From Candidatus Altimarinota bacterium (lineage in GTDB: Bacteria; Patescibacteriota; Gracilibacteria; UBA4473): DNA of 64,000 nt. Below, piece after piece: positions 1 through 8,646 of the stretch. Within the stretch, counting starts at the first letter, position 1. Each line of letters starts with the position of its first letter. The notes beneath the pieces are model-generated. The model made no database searches, was not told where the DNA came from, and worked only from the letters and a program-made list of their open reading frames with translations. The stretch covers positions 3,192-67,191 of the forward strand of contig JAHDHX010000007.1 of NCBI GenBank assembly GCA_020631075.1. The letters are read 5' to 3'. A program made the translations under genes and the position numbers.

Positions 1-2
1 AA

Positions 3-167
3 CCCCACCCGGGTCTGCCGCTCAGTGGTAACGCCAACATGGGCTGGATGAGCCATATGCTCTACCACCTCGCCCCGCATGGCATGATGGCCACCGTGCT
101 GTCGAACGGATCACTGAGTAGTAACAGTGGTAGAGAGGGTGACATACGCAGAAGGATGAAAAATTAA
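3..167 (+). pseudogene. hsdM: HsdM-like type I restriction-modification N6-adenine DNA methyltransferase fragment (5' end outside window, 3' part lost at IS insertion)
   Basis: Frame 3 reads PHPGLPLSGNANMGWMSHMLYHLAPHGMMATVLSNGSLSSNSGREGDIRRRMKN*. This matches the conserved HsdM block downstream of the NPPF motif (compare EcoKI ..[38 protein letters not shown]). The frame terminates a few nt inside the left IS inverted repeat, and no continuation is seen right of the IS. Confidence 0.6.
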
Positions 168-1188
168 AATCTTAAACGCAACACTTGAGGGAGTAACCTT
201 CAAGTGCATGGGACAACTCAGAAAAACAGAACGACAGGAAATACAAGAATACTTGCGAAGAGGGCACAGCATACGGGCTATAGCCCGTATGCTGTGCCGG
301 AGCCCGAGTACGATCTCTCGTGAGATAAAACGGAATAGTGTGCAAGGAGAGTATGATGCAGGAAAAGCAGTACAGAAAGCATATTACCGTCGCTATTGGG
401 TAACGAAAGAACGCCCAAAGATTCGTGGTTGTCCAGCTCTTGAGGAGTTTATCGAAACAAGTCTCAAGGGGCTTAATGCTTGGTCGCCCGAGCAAATTGC
501 CGGGCGATGGAATAAAGAACACGCTGCTGCAGTTGGAGTGAGAATTTCCACTCCCACCCTCTATCGTTTCCTGTATCGTCATCGTCTCGATCTTTGCAAA
601 TATCTTTGTACCAAGCGTACAAAGAGAAAAAAGCGTGTTCAGAAAACAAAACGACAAATGATTCCGCAGCGGACTTGGATTGAAGATCGCCCCCCTATTG
701 TCGATGAAAAAGTACGTATTAGTGATTGGGAAGGTGACACAATCTGCTCTCTTCGCGGCGATAAAACCACCTTCCTTGTCCTGCATGATCGTGCTTCTCG
801 TTTCATTCGTGTCTCCAAATCCTGTGACAAAAAACCCAAGCGTATTGCCTCCAAAGTTCGTTCTCTCCTCAAAGACGCTCCCACTCACACTCTCACGCTC
901 GATAACGGCATTGAATTCAAAGACCACCTCTCCTACCAAATCCCCACTTTCTTTTGTCAGCCTTACTCCTCGTGGCAGAAAGGCGCTGTCGAGTATTCAA
1001 ACCGCCTTATTCGTCGTCATGTTCCTAAAAAATCTATCCTTGCCAATGTTCACCAAAAGCACCTTGCCTCCATAGTCCATGCCATCAATAATACCCCCAG
1101 AAAATGCCTCAACTTCCAAACTCCCGCTGAGGTCTTCTTTTCTTCTCCTTATCTCACCCCCTAGTGTTGCATTGCCCCCTTTAATTTT
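160..1188 (+). mobile_element. IS30-family insertion sequence
   Basis: The imperfect terminal inverted repeats are AAAATTAAAATCTTAAACGCAACAC (160-184) and GTGTTGCATTGCCCCCTTTAATTTT (1164-1188), with 18 of 25 positions complementary. They bracket one IS30-type transposase ORF. The element is visibly lower in GC than the backbone. The exact ends are uncertain by a few nt. Confidence 0.75.
208..1164 (+). CDS. IS30-family DDE transposase
   Basis: 318-aa ORF with an N-terminal HTH (RAIARMLCRSPSTISREIKRN). The catalytic-core blocks WEGDT, LTLDNGIEFKDH and SSWQKGAVEYSNRLIRR are typical of IS30 transposases. Confidence 0.9.
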   Translation: MGQLRKTERQEIQEYLRRGHSIRAIARMLCRSPSTISREIKRNSVQGEYDAGKAVQKAYYRRYWVTKERPKIRGCPALEEFIETSLKGLNAWSPEQIAGRWNKEHAAAVGVRISTPTLYRFLYRHRLDLCKYLCTKRTKRKKRVQKTKRQMIPQRTWIEDRPPIVDEKVRISDWEGDTICSLRGDKTTFLVLHDRASRFIRVSKSCDKKPKRIASKVRSLLKDAPTHTLTLDNGIEFKDHLSYQIPTFFCQPYSSWQKGAVEYSNRLIRRHVPKKSILANVHQKHLASIVHAINNTPRKCLNFQTPAEVFFSSPYLTP

Positions 1189-1403
1189 GCCCCCCTCCAT
1201 CAAAGATGCTAATAATTCATTCTTTTGATTCATCAACAGCTTTATGGCATAAGACTGGGATGATTGCAATGAGAAAGTCTTACATTCTAGAATGAAACGC
1301 AACAGAGAGTTTGTAGAAGACTTGGAAAGGAGTTTTCTTGCGACCCTTTAACTCCAGCTCATGATTCTTTATTTTTCCCAAAATTGGAGAGCAAAACTGG
1401 GGG

Positions 1404-1754
1404 TTATTTTATTACTGTCAGTGCACTCCGCACCGCTTGCCAGTACCGCTGCATTTGAATGTGTCCAGAATAGTCGCCTTCGCCCGTGATCAAGTCTTCC
1501 AGATTCTCTGCTCGCACTTCAGCCAACGTCTCCATTTTCCACTTCCAGCGGTTAAACTCTGTTTTGATGATTGGTAGTACGAACGTCTCTTTTTGCAAAA
1601 TGCTGATGAGGGCATTGCAGATCCACATTGGTGTTCCTTTGGGCATATGCTGTTGAATGTATTCCTTGCACTCTTTCTTCCGTTCACTGGGGCATATTTT
1701 TGTGATCATTGTCACAGAAATTTTGGAGATGAATTTATAATGAAGTAAACACAT
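1404..1754 (-). CDS. hypothetical protein in an AT-rich patch right of the IS (start uncertain; an internal Met at 1709 is possible)
   Basis: It is the only sizeable ORF in the 1190-1980 AT-rich patch. No recognisable motif. Confidence 0.3.
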   Translation of the reverse strand: MCLLHYKFISKISVTMITKICPSERKKECKEYIQQHMPKGTPMWICNALISILQKETFVLPIIKTEFNRWKWKMETLAEVRAENLEDLITGEGDYSGHIQMQRYWQAVRSALTVIK

Positions 1755-1983
1755 ACAAAGCCTGCGCGGGGGCTGTAAGTCGAGGGGAAGCGGGGATTAA
1801 AAAAAGAAAAATATTAGAATGAACAATAAATTTATTCAAAACTAGAAATGAGACATCCTTTTTTATAGTGTCTTATTTGGTCTCATTTTTGGTTAACACA
1901 AAATGAGTGTTGTGTAAACTGAATGGGTACTAGACCCATGCGCTCTGCCAAGATGCCCACAAGCCGCCCCCAGAGCGGTTTTT

Positions 1984-3531
1984 TCACTTCCGCTTCATCA
2001 GCGGCAACAGCACCACATCCCGCAGGTTTGGCTGCCCCGTGATCAGCGCGACAAAACGGTCAATCCCCATCCCGAAGCCAGTCATGGGGGGCAGACCGTG
2101 CTCCATCGCGGTCAGGAAGGCTTCATCGACGTCCATGGCTTCGTCGTCACCCGCAGCGCGGGCGGCGGCTTGGGCTTCCAGTAGTTCACGTTGCACGCGT
2201 GGGTCGATCAGCTCACCGTATGAGTTCACGATCTCCCACCCCGCCACCACCAGCTGGTAGCAGTCCGCCGTGCCGTCAGCGTTGGGGCGGGCCAGCGGCT
2301 TGAGGTCAGACGGGTACCCAAACACAAACGTCGGGTGGACGATCTGCGGCCGAGCCGTCTTTTTATAGATGAAATCCAGCAAGTTCCCTCGGCCAGTTTT
2401 TTCGATCTCCTCTGGCGCCATCCCCAAGTGCGCCGCCTTCTCTTCGAGGTCAGCCCGGGTCGCGGCAAACATATCCAGCTCCGCATAGTCCGCCAACAGT
2501 TGGGCAAAAGTCACCCGCGGCCACTCCCCGCTGAAGTCCACCGTCTGCGGTTGGTCATCTTTGTCGAGCACCGTCACGCGATGGGTCTGCACCGCGGCCA
2601 GCATCACTTGTTTGATCATGGCTTCCGTCCAGGCCATGTTGTCCGACAGGTCGGCATAGGCCGCATACCACTCCAGCATAGTGAATTCTTGCAGATGAGA
2701 CGGGTCAGTCCCTTCATTACGAAAACACTTCCCGATCTCATACAACCGCTCTATGCCCCCCGCCATGATGATCTTATGGTCGATTTCGAGCGCAATCCGC
2801 AAGACAAACTCCGCGTCATACGCGTTGTGATGGGTGGCAAACACCCGCGCCATGGCCCCACCCGCCTGCGGCTGGAGGATGCGCGATTCAATCTCTTGGA
2901 AATTCTTTTCGTTGAGGAACCGCCGAATTTCATTGACGACCTTCGTGCGGACGAGAAACCGCTGAAACGTGTCAGGGTTTGTCGCCAGGTCCAAGTACCG
3001 CTGTCGGTAAAGCGTCTCACGATCCGTCACCCCGTGAAACTTCTCAGGCAGCGGGCGCAGCGCCTTCGACAGGGGGGTGACCTCTACCGCCATCAGGGAC
3101 GGCTCACCGTGCTTCGTCAGGAAAAATTCCCCCCGAAAGCCACAGAAATCCCCCAGATCGAGCAACCGCAAGAGGGTTTTGTGCTGGTCCCCCAGCACAC
3201 TGGCCGCCAGACACACTTGGAAGTCTCCTTCCGCATCACGGATCCGCAAAAAGGAGAGCTTGCCCATGTCACGCACGTTCATGATCCGCCCACAGACCGC
3301 CGTGTCGGTGCGCGGCTCCGCCATCACGTCTTTGGTGGGGCGGGGGTCATTCTCATGGATGTACTCACGCGCCAGCTCCGACGTGTGGGTGCGGTCGTAC
3401 CGACTAGCATACCCCCAGCCGTGCTCGGCCCACAGGGCCAGTTTGTTTTCGCGTTCCGCGATCAGTTTCCCTTCAGGCTTCTCGTGCAGGGGTGTCTGGT
3501 CGTTGGTTTCGGGCTGTGGGGTGGGGGGCAT
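1984..3531 (-). CDS. lysS: lysine--tRNA ligase, class II
   Basis: The translation has an OB-fold N-terminal region and class II core motifs (..FRNEGTDPSHLQEFTMLEWY.., ..GFGMGIDRFVALITG..). I chose the start at MPPTPQ (ATG 3531-3529) rather than the ORF-track start at 3693, because the upstream extension is Cys/Pro-rich and non-conserved. Confidence 0.9.
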   Translation of the reverse strand: MPPTPQPETNDQTPLHEKPEGKLIAERENKLALWAEHGWGYASRYDRTHTSELAREYIHENDPRPTKDVMAEPRTDTAVCGRIMNVRDMGKLSFLRIRDAEGDFQVCLAASVLGDQHKTLLRLLDLGDFCGFRGEFFLTKHGEPSLMAVEVTPLSKALRPLPEKFHGVTDRETLYRQRYLDLATNPDTFQRFLVRTKVVNEIRRFLNEKNFQEIESRILQPQAGGAMARVFATHHNAYDAEFVLRIALEIDHKIIMAGGIERLYEIGKCFRNEGTDPSHLQEFTMLEWYAAYADLSDNMAWTEAMIKQVMLAAVQTHRVTVLDKDDQPQTVDFSGEWPRVTFAQLLADYAELDMFAATRADLEEKAAHLGMAPEEIEKTGRGNLLDFIYKKTARPQIVHPTFVFGYPSDLKPLARPNADGTADCYQLVVAGWEIVNSYGELIDPRVQRELLEAQAAARAAGDDEAMDVDEAFLTAMEHGLPPMTGFGMGIDRFVALITGQPNLRDVVLLPLMKRK

Positions 3532-3769
3532 GGGCGGAGGGTGGCAAAGAGTGTGCAGGCAAGAACGGTGTGAGTCAGGGCCCACAGAGGGCCCACAGAA
3601 GGAGCCGCAAACGAGCACAAAGGAGTCGAGCATTAGTATAACTTGAGCCAAGGGGGTCGGGCAATGTATAATAGACCGATCATCCGCCCTCACGGCTGGC
3701 CCAGTGCAGACTTGTCTGTTGCCACTACCCCCGAGGGCTCGATCTCCCTTTTTGCCTCCACCGTGCCCT

Positions 3770-4219
3770 ATGCGCTACCGCGTGCCCCAAAACGTCCAGC
3801 GAGAAGACAAAATTGTCTGGATACTCTCCTTGCGGCAGTTGATCTTGGTCATGTGCGGGTGCGGGTTTTCCTACTGGCTCTACCTCCAGTTGGCCGAGAG
3901 CTTCATCTTGACCGAGATCGAACTCGCCCTCATCGCCATCCCGGGCATCCTCTCGATCATGTTCGCCTTCTTGACCATTAAGGGCATGGCCCTGCACGAG
4001 TTTCTCCTCATCTTGATCGAGCAATCATTTTACCGCTCACCCCGCCGAATGTGGCAGGCCCACGGGGGTGAACCCTTCATGAGCATGACCCGTGACTACG
4101 GCCAGAAAGCCCAAAAGACCGACAACCCCGTTGCGCGGCCTGCCTACAGCCGCCGACGGGTCGAAGACCTCGCCGCCCTCCTCGACGGTGACTCCGCCTC
4201 TCTCCCCCCCGCCGCATGA
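3770..4219 (+). CDS. PrgI-family membrane protein (conjugation/T4SS-associated family)
   Basis: The N-terminus MRYRVPQNVQREDKIVWILSLRQLILV, followed by two TM helices, is the typical PrgI-family signature. The stop overlaps the next start (ATGA at 4216-4219). Confidence 0.6.
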   Translation: MRYRVPQNVQREDKIVWILSLRQLILVMCGCGFSYWLYLQLAESFILTEIELALIAIPGILSIMFAFLTIKGMALHEFLLILIEQSFYRSPRRMWQAHGGEPFMSMTRDYGQKAQKTDNPVARPAYSRRRVEDLAALLDGDSASLPPAA

Positions 4220-4950
4220 CCCCAGACCCACCCCCCACCAAAGAAACCGTCAAGCAGCCCAAAAACAAAAAGCTGCAAGCCACCCAACGCTACATCGACT
4301 TCAGCGGCGCGCGTGAGGACACCCTCATCCTCAAAAACGGCGGCCTGCGAGCCGTGTTGGAGGTCGGCTCAGTCAACTTCAACCTCAAATCAGAAGAAGA
4401 ACAGCAAGGGATCATCGTCTCCTACCAGCGCTTCCTCAACGCCCTCGACTTCCCCGTCCAGGTGCTCATGCGCTCGCGCAAACTCGACATCGACGGGTAC
4501 ATGAGCACCCTCAAACTCCGACACAAAGAAATCAAGAACCAACTCCTGCACGAGCAGATGATCGAGTACATGGACTATGTGTCACGCCTGGTCGAGTACT
4601 CCGACATCATGGAAAAGAAATTTTACGCCGTCGTCCCCATCAACCCCCCCGCCGCCGACAAGGTCGGCATCCTGTCGACCTTCTTTTCCTTCATCAAACC
4701 CGACGACACCGTGGCCAACATCCTCAAACGACGCAATGAGTTCGGCAAACTCAAAAAAGACCTCGAATCACGGGTCAACGTCGTCACCACAGGGCTCAAT
4801 AATTGCAGCCTGCGCGTGCGCCGTCTCAGCACGTCAGAGCTCATCCAGCTGATGTACCAAGTCTATAACCCACAGGCCGCCCGTACCCAAAAAATGGACT
4901 CCGTCGCGGACTTCGCCGTGACCGACGGCCCCGAAGAAATGCTGGCATGA
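4216..4950 (+). CDS. protein resembling only the N-terminal domain of VirB4/TraC-like T4SS ATPases (no ATPase domain)
   Basis: The block ILKNGGLRAVLEVGSVNFNLKSEEEQQGIIVSYQRFLNALDFPVQVLMRSRKLDIDGY..KKFYAVVP is the pattern I associate with the N-terminal region of Gram-positive/CPR-type VirB4 homologues that follow PrgI. The ORF ends at 244 aa, before any Walker motifs. Confidence 0.45.
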   Translation: MTPDPPPTKETVKQPKNKKLQATQRYIDFSGAREDTLILKNGGLRAVLEVGSVNFNLKSEEEQQGIIVSYQRFLNALDFPVQVLMRSRKLDIDGYMSTLKLRHKEIKNQLLHEQMIEYMDYVSRLVEYSDIMEKKFYAVVPINPPAADKVGILSTFFSFIKPDDTVANILKRRNEFGKLKKDLESRVNVVTTGLNNCSLRVRRLSTSELIQLMYQVYNPQAARTQKMDSVADFAVTDGPEEMLA

Positions 4951-4998
4951 TGAGGGCAGGGGAGTAGGGTGCGGGGTGATTATTGTGTCACAACCCAC

Positions 4999-6174
4999 AT
5001 GGCCCCCAAACGCATCGCCATCATCGAACAGGGTGAGATCTTAGGCGGGGCCGAGCGCTATATGCTCGACCTCCTCCGCGGGATGGACGGCATCGAGCGC
5101 CGCACCCTGCAACCAGTGGTCATCGGCGCCAGCAGCCTCGACTACCGCGACGCCCTGCCGGACTGGGCCCAAGTGGTGCGGTTTGCCTTGCCGAGCTTCA
5201 AAGGCCACGCGCTTAAAAAACTCTGGGCAGGGGTGCGACTGTGGGGTGCCGCGTGGCGCCTGCGCGGACAGCTGCGAGCCCTGGGCGTGACCACCACCGT
5301 GACCAACACCCCCCGCGCCCACTTTGCCGTGCTGCTGGCGCGGGTGCTGGGGTGGCGTGGCCGCTGGGTGATGATCGTCCACGACTTCCACACCCAAAAG
5401 CGCCTCTGGGCGCAGGTGCACCGCTGGCTTCGTCGGCGCATCTTGCAGGCAGCCGACACCATCGTGGCCGTGTCCATCCCCACACGGGCGCGCGTGCGGG
5501 CCTACCTCACCGAAGCCGAGTACCCCAAGATGCGCATCATCGAGAACGGTCTGGATTTCACCACCTACCCCCCAGCCGTACCCCCCACGGCCCTGCGGCG
5601 CGTGGTGCTGATGGCCCGCCTCGACTACCGCAAAGGCCAACTGCACCTGATCAACGCCGCCCGCTTGCTCAAGGAACGTCTGCCTGGGGTGCAGTTTCGT
5701 CTCGTCGGGTCCAGCTACCGCGGTGACCCCATGACCGTCGCCTACGAAAACCAGTGCTGGCGCGCCGTGCGTGACCACGGGCTGGAAGAGACCGTCAAAC
5801 TGGTCGGCGAGGTACCAGACGGCTTGGCGGAGCTCCGCGAAGCGGACCTCGTCTGCTGCCTCAATGTCGAAGATGAGACCTTTGGTCGGGTGGCCATCGA
5901 AGCCCTCGCCTTGGGCAAACCCGTCCTCAGCTTTGACTGCGCTGGCCCGCGCGACATCATCGGGCAATACCTCCGCTGGAGCCAGATCACCCCCCCAGTG
6001 CCCCTCGTGCTGCCACTGGGTGACCACGTCGACCTCGCCGCGACCATTTTGTACCTGGCAGAGACCCCCAGCCACCTCGCCGCTATTGCTGCCCGTGGCC
6101 GCGAATTTGTCGCCAGCCACTACGACCTCGCCGACTCCCGCAAGCGTTTTTACCAGCTCCTCGGGGAGGGGTGA
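4999..6174 (+). CDS. glycosyltransferase, GT4 (GT-B fold) family
   Basis: The N-terminal ..IAIIEQGEILGGAERYMLDL.. and the C-terminal ..EDETFGRVAIEALALGKPVLSFDCAGPRDII.. (EX7E-type motif) fit GT4. The start was chosen at MAPKRIAII. Confidence 0.8.
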   Translation: MAPKRIAIIEQGEILGGAERYMLDLLRGMDGIERRTLQPVVIGASSLDYRDALPDWAQVVRFALPSFKGHALKKLWAGVRLWGAAWRLRGQLRALGVTTTVTNTPRAHFAVLLARVLGWRGRWVMIVHDFHTQKRLWAQVHRWLRRRILQAADTIVAVSIPTRARVRAYLTEAEYPKMRIIENGLDFTTYPPAVPPTALRRVVLMARLDYRKGQLHLINAARLLKERLPGVQFRLVGSSYRGDPMTVAYENQCWRAVRDHGLEETVKLVGEVPDGLAELREADLVCCLNVEDETFGRVAIEALALGKPVLSFDCAGPRDIIGQYLRWSQITPPVPLVLPLGDHVDLAATILYLAETPSHLAAIAARGREFVASHYDLADSRKRFYQLLGEG

Positions 6175-6181
6175 GGGGGGT

Positions 6182-8044
6182 TTAAGTTTGGGCAGTGTTT
6201 AAGATTTCATCAACATGAGCAACCAATTCCCCCAGGATTGACTCTTCCATCAGTGCAGTGCGAGTGTCGCTGAAGATTTTTTCTATTCGCCCTTTGTTGT
6301 CCCCTATTTCCTTTGACTTATCGAGCAGTGAATAAAGCCGATTGAAGCTCAGATTATTATTGAGACGAGTAAATGCCGTTAGTTTCCCTTGAGCAATATC
6401 TGCTGGGAAATCCAAGAAAAAGCTGGCTATTTGGCCTGAAATATTTCCCCAATAGTAACCAAGTTTATCAGAGTGTTCATCTCCGAGCGCACTTTGCAGA
6501 TCACCTAATAAATTTTGATCGATGATATTTGTTCGTAATTCACTTATTCCTTGAGTAAGTTTCCCCCAGTTTTGAAATGCATAGTCAAGAGCTGAGACGG
6601 CGTTTGCCCCCACTGTCTGTGCTTGCCCTATTATATAACTGACATTTTTCGGTGCAGACGCCAGCGATCGGAAGGTTTCCGTTGCGTATACCGCCATCTG
6701 CAGTGATCCTGTCCCACTGTCAACGACGGCGTCGGCCATAGCGTCAGCAAATCCCACAGTTTCAGCAATAGCAAAATTAATCTTCTGCTGTTGCTGCGTT
6801 GTTAAGAATGGAAATAAGGCCTTTTTCAAGCCTTTAATGGCCAAACTGTCAGTTTCTTGTCCATCGACACCCTTTATCGCAATGATAAAATGCACCATAT
6901 CTCTCAGCGCTTCATCGGCCAATCCGATAGACTCTTTAAGCAAAGGAACAATCCAAAATATATCTTTGAGAAACCCCGTCACGCTCAGCTCCGTGGCCAC
7001 GTCAGCCTCCAGCAGCGTGTCGAGTAAGCCTTGATCGTCAGATGACAGTGAGTGAATTTCTCCACCATTCAGGGCGGCATCTGCGTTTCGCTCGGTCTGC
7101 ACCGCTGCGAGGTAGAGTCGTTCCCCAATGACTGTGTACCCTTTCGCTAGGGCAGGGAAGCCCATACTGGCGAGTTGCTCACCACGGGCGCGAATATTTT
7201 GGCAGACTCCCAAGGCTTTTTGGGCCTTTTCTGTCTCACGATATTGCTGGTCCAGCCGACGGTCTGGTGTGTAAGTATTCCGCTTCACTCGGTCATCATT
7301 CTCTCTGAAAAAATTGAAGATATTTTCTTCGATCATCACCAGTTCGGCTGGGGAAAATTCACCGTCTTGGTCCACGTCATACGCCCAGAGGTTAAAGGCA
7401 TCATGGGCAGAAACGTAGTTTTCAGCCAGTTGCTGGGGTGAGAGCGGTGTGTTGGGCGCATAGGTGGTACAGTACGCCTGAGCCATGGCCGTGACACAGT
7501 CCATGAAGTGCGTTGTGGAAGTGATCTTGGGGCCTTCACCTGGGTAGTTACTCGTCGGGAGGACGGGTTTGTCAGGCTGCTTAGCCGAGGGTTTGAGGTA
7601 CTGCGGTTGCTCAGCCCATTGTTGCAGCGTCGGCGAGACCTCTTGCAGACTGCGAAAAGCCAAAAACTCCTCCAACTGCGCGACAAGGAAGTTTTGCAAC
7701 CGTTGGAACTCCAGCACACTGATGGCACCCAGCTCGTAGTCTTTGGCCTCTTGCTCTAGCCCCTGCAGGAGGTCAAATCGGTTTTCTCCAGTGAAAAAGT
7801 GCTGTAAGAATTCGTCTAAAATTTCGTCTCGCACTTCTGGGTCGTTGTAGTAGTTTTCATCGAGCATCAGCTCCGTTATCAAGTCTGAGAGTTCGTGCTC
7901 CCGTAGCACTTCCTCGGTCAAGGCGCGGATTTCGTTATTCTGAATCGTCTCACGCCCAGCAATGACCTCGTGGTACTCCGCACGTTCCTGCCACAGCCAG
8001 CGGCTGGTGACAGTGCAGTCATGTGCGTACGGCAAAAATTTCAT
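6182..8044 (-). CDS. hypothetical 620-aa protein (visibly lower GC than flanks), with a DxDxDG EF-hand-like loop
   Basis: Uninterrupted 620-codon ORF with no competing frame. The segment YDVDQDGEFSPAELVMIEE resembles a Ca-binding loop. No other motif was recognised. Confidence 0.7.
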   Translation of the reverse strand: MKFLPYAHDCTVTSRWLWQERAEYHEVIAGRETIQNNEIRALTEEVLREHELSDLITELMLDENYYNDPEVRDEILDEFLQHFFTGENRFDLLQGLEQEAKDYELGAISVLEFQRLQNFLVAQLEEFLAFRSLQEVSPTLQQWAEQPQYLKPSAKQPDKPVLPTSNYPGEGPKITSTTHFMDCVTAMAQAYCTTYAPNTPLSPQQLAENYVSAHDAFNLWAYDVDQDGEFSPAELVMIEENIFNFFRENDDRVKRNTYTPDRRLDQQYRETEKAQKALGVCQNIRARGEQLASMGFPALAKGYTVIGERLYLAAVQTERNADAALNGGEIHSLSSDDQGLLDTLLEADVATELSVTGFLKDIFWIVPLLKESIGLADEALRDMVHFIIAIKGVDGQETDSLAIKGLKKALFPFLTTQQQQKINFAIAETVGFADAMADAVVDSGTGSLQMAVYATETFRSLASAPKNVSYIIGQAQTVGANAVSALDYAFQNWGKLTQGISELRTNIIDQNLLGDLQSALGDEHSDKLGYYWGNISGQIASFFLDFPADIAQGKLTAFTRLNNNLSFNRLYSLLDKSKEIGDNKGRIEKIFSDTRTALMEESILGELVAHVDEILNTAQT

Positions 8045-8053
8045 AGCGGGTGA

Positions 8054-8380
8054 TCAGAGTTCAGACAAGATATCTTCAGCTTGTGCTTGGTTTTCGGTGT
8101 GATGTCGTTGCTCAACTTTCAGCAAGCTCTGCCCGTGTTGTCCCTGCAAGAAAGCCTTCATCCTTCGTGCAAGCGGCGGATTGCTTTTCGAAACCGTCTC
8201 AAGCATTCGTCCAGTGGCACGGTCACCCAGCTGCAGGTAAGCCAGCACTTGGTTAATTTTTACCAGAGACGACTCCTGACGGATGTGTGCCCGTAGTCGC
8301 TCTTTGAGCGCTAGAGGCAGCATTACGCTGCGGTCTATCAGGGCGAGGGCTTTTCGGGCGGGTTCAGCATGGTCTGTCAT
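8054..8380 (-). CDS. hypothetical 108-aa helical protein, apparently co-transcribed with the 620-aa ORF
   Basis: It lies on the same strand with a 9-nt gap to the downstream ORF and has similar AT-shifted composition. No motif was recognised. Confidence 0.55.
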   Translation of the reverse strand: MTDHAEPARKALALIDRSVMLPLALKERLRAHIRQESSLVKINQVLAYLQLGDRATGRMLETVSKSNPPLARRMKAFLQGQHGQSLLKVEQRHHTENQAQAEDILSEL

Positions 8381-8451
8381 CTCTCTATTTTATCACAAAA
8401 AGAGACAAACCCAAACCCCACTGTCCCCAGTGAGGTTTGCGTATGAAGGCC

Positions 8452-8646
8452 TAGGGAGTGTTCACAAAATGGTTTGAGAAGAAAAAAGAGAGATTTTTGA
8501 GCGAAAAATGAGCGCGTATTTGCAGCCTTGATGGATCAAGGCAAAAATGCGCAACCATTTTGCAGCCAAAAAGATTCTTTTTTCACTCAAATCACTCCTT
8601 ATATTTCAGGATCAACCTGTTTTTTCCAATTTGTGAACACTCCCTA
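8452..8646. mobile_element. MITE-like element, family A (TA-flanked, 15-17 bp perfect terminal inverted repeats)
   Basis: TA-GGGAGTGTTCACAAA at 8452-8468 pairs with TTTGTGAACACTCCC-TA at 8630-8646. The ~195-bp element is non-coding and contains an internal palindrome, CCTTGATGGATCAAGG. A second, internally deleted copy lies at 50298-50367. Confidence 0.65.

Noticed and set aside
1189-1302. Right flank of the IS as an hsdS or hsdM continuation
   Set aside because: None of the three forward frames continues the HsdM sequence. The reverse-frame peptide (..AIKLLMNQKNELLASLMEGG) has only a vague resemblance to HsdS conserved helices.
1955-1983. Intrinsic terminator AGCCGC-CCCAGA-GCGGTTTTTT near the lysS stop
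   Set aside because: The stem is only 4-6 bp including a wobble pair. It is oriented for the + strand, where no gene ends. This is too weak to annotate.
2335-3573. Long ORFs antisense to conserved genes. Examples: 2335-3573 vs lysS, 5041-6120 vs GT4, 8560-9660 vs clpC, 12874-14052 vs rbfA/pgl, and 14723-15346 vs zwf. Further examples: 15407-16262 vs gnd, 17558-18358 vs hisIE, 20935-22605 and 22061-23113 vs the kinase-like and hisN genes, 24495-25580 vs hisC, 41876-42694 vs topA, 45125-45787 vs the 974-aa ORF, and 46975-47700.
   Set aside because: These are shadow ORFs typical of high-GC DNA. Their translations are Arg/Pro/Gly/His-rich low-complexity sequence, while the opposite strand encodes recognisable conserved proteins.
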